A stretch of 63,012 bases of DNA, the filler included. It is 15 parts of 15 records of this genome, joined end to end, with 100 filler letters (N's around TTAATTAATTAA, not from the genome) between each part and the next. Parts side by side here need not be neighbours in the genome. Positions count along the whole stretch, not along the records: positions 60,529 to 63,012 come from SRR11831586_1833; 14 more parts are not named here. One strand, given 5' to 3'. A program made the position numbers and the translations under genes. This document shows positions 61,851-63,012 of the stretch, one piece after another; position 1 is the first letter of the stretch; the number at the start of each line of letters is the position of its first letter. The notes beneath the pieces are model-generated. The model saw nothing but the letters and a program-made list of their open reading frames with translations, searched no databases and was not told where the DNA came from.

Positions 61851-62885
61851 ATGGAGGTTGCGAAAGAGGTGGCGGAAGCACCACCGACAGAAGAAGTTGT
61901 GGCCGCGGCATCGTACGATCATGGAGATCCTCACGGGCAGGTTGGTGTGGTAGCGCAGCACCCTTCGCTTGTGCAAGAGTCCCAGTTGGTTGCTCCTGCG
62001 ATTCAATCACCGTCCGCCTACCACTATCCGGGATTGAAAGGGGTTGCGCGTGTTCCGCAGTTGTTGACGGCGTATCAGACTCTTATTCGGCGATGGATTA
62101 TGCGCCACTTATCGGATCCGTTCCCAAAGGGAAAGGACGCAGAGGATCTGCAGAAGGAGATGCCGAATCTTCGTTTTGATGTTCGTGTGGTTATGTCGGA
62201 GGAGCGAATGCGGTATCGAGCACAACCTGCACTGTTGCTGCAGGATCTGCAGATGGAGCACCCAGATCAGGGGTGGACACTCGATCAGGTCGTCAACATT
62301 ATCGGCAACTGGCCCCTGTCGCTGTCGGTTCAGCGCAAGCGGGTCGGGGACAAGTCCTTTCTGCGCACGTGGTTTCTGCAGCACGTGGAGAACCCGTACC
62401 CCACGAAGGAGGAGCTCGCGATGTTCCTGGAGAACCTGAAGGGCATGACCAAGGACAGCATCTGCCAGACCATCTACGACTTCCGCAAGAAGTACCGCAG
62501 GCAGCCCGAGTGCCTCGTGGTCGACCTGCAGGCTGCGGTCCCGAGCCGGCTGTGGACGCTGCCCGAGGTGGACTTTATCGTCAAGTCGTGGCACTACGGC
62601 AACAAGGACGAGGGCGACGTCCTGCACGCGCACCACCAGCAGCAGCTTGCCGCCCACCACACGCCCCCGCAGCAGCAGGTCCAGCAGGGCGCAGCGGGCA
62701 CCGATGTTCTCCTTCAGGCGCCGCAGCTGGGGCCCGCACCGACCTCGCAGCCATCGACGCCGACGGGCAGTGCGAAGAAGAAGCGGCCTGCGTCGCCCAG
62801 CACGCTGCTAGGGGAGGGGGAGGGCGGGGAGCGCAAGAAGGCCGAGGTGGAGCAGGCGGCACAGGTCCTCGCTGCGAAGAAGTAG
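61851..62885 (+). CDS. eukaryotic 344-aa protein with two tandem divergent TALE-like homeodomain units, Q/H-rich tail and basic NLS-like motif
   Basis: LRTWFLQHVENPYP and IRRWIMRHLSDPFP match TALE helix 1 + PYP loop; strong third-position G/C bias in this frame; KKKRP near C-terminus. Confidence 0.75.
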   Translation: MEVAKEVAEAPPTEEVVAAASYDHGDPHGQVGVVAQHPSLVQESQLVAPAIQSPSAYHYPGLKGVARVPQLLTAYQTLIRRWIMRHLSDPFPKGKDAEDLQKEMPNLRFDVRVVMSEERMRYRAQPALLLQDLQMEHPDQGWTLDQVVNIIGNWPLSLSVQRKRVGDKSFLRTWFLQHVENPYPTKEELAMFLENLKGMTKDSICQTIYDFRKKYRRQPECLVVDLQAAVPSRLWTLPEVDFIVKSWHYGNKDEGDVLHAHHQQQLAAHHTPPQQQVQQGAAGTDVLLQAPQLGPAPTSQPSTPTGSAKKKRPASPSTLLGEGEGGERKKAEVEQAAQVLAAKK

Positions 62886-63012
62886 GGGCTGGGTGGATGG
62901 TGGTTGTATGGGAGAGGGGGTGGGCTGTGTATAGGACCATGAGAGGCTGTGTAGTTGCTCCGGGGGAGGCGTGTGCTGTGTGACACATGCGGCTTTGCTC
63001 GAGAGAGTGGGG

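Noticed and set aside
62109-62988. Overlapping ORFs 62273-62983, 62109-62660 and 62581-62988
   Set aside because: Low-complexity R/G/A/P translations caused by extreme GC3 in the real frame.
57940-63012. Horizontal transfer between E. coli torZ and the eukaryotic eL6 region
   Set aside because: The two are separated by a linker; adjacency is artificial.

Overview
This window is not one locus. It is an artificial concatenation of 15 unrelated contigs joined by 14 identical 100-nt linkers (44 N + TTAATTAATTAA, stops in all six frames, + 44 N). Thirteen contigs are ordinary E. coli chromosome pieces that look K-12-like: glnX-ubiF-miaB-ybeZYX-lnt ending in an IS5 end; ldtD-mepK-gloC; potI-ybjO-rlmC; parE-ygiN-mdaB; ypfM-acrD-narQ-aegA-nudK-ypfG; fixCX-yaaU-kefFC-folA; sgbHUE-yiaTUVW; cdd-yohKJ; ytfT-yjfF-fbp-mpl; tesA-ybbO-cnoX-fetBA-qmcA; pqqL-yddBA; cas3-sok relic-cysHI; torYZ. 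One contig (30562-34402) is a lambdoid phage replication/nin region (O, P, Eaa-like, NinB/YbcN, NinE, Ser/Thr phosphatase, NinG), probably phi80-like. The last contig (60529-63012) is eukaryotic: a three-exon 60S ribosomal protein eL6 gene lies head-to-head with an intronless 344-aa ORF carrying two tandem, very divergent TALE-like homeodomain units, each followed by a shared motif I do not recognise. Six single-base indels break otherwise intact genes and look like sequencing errors. The simplest reading (inference) is an unplaced-contig bin from a eukaryote assembly contaminated with a laboratory E. coli strain. The best novelty candidates are the double TALE-like protein and a structured uORF leader, with a possible antisense RNA, in the phage nin region. 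Gene names come from my recognition of the sequences, not from a database search.
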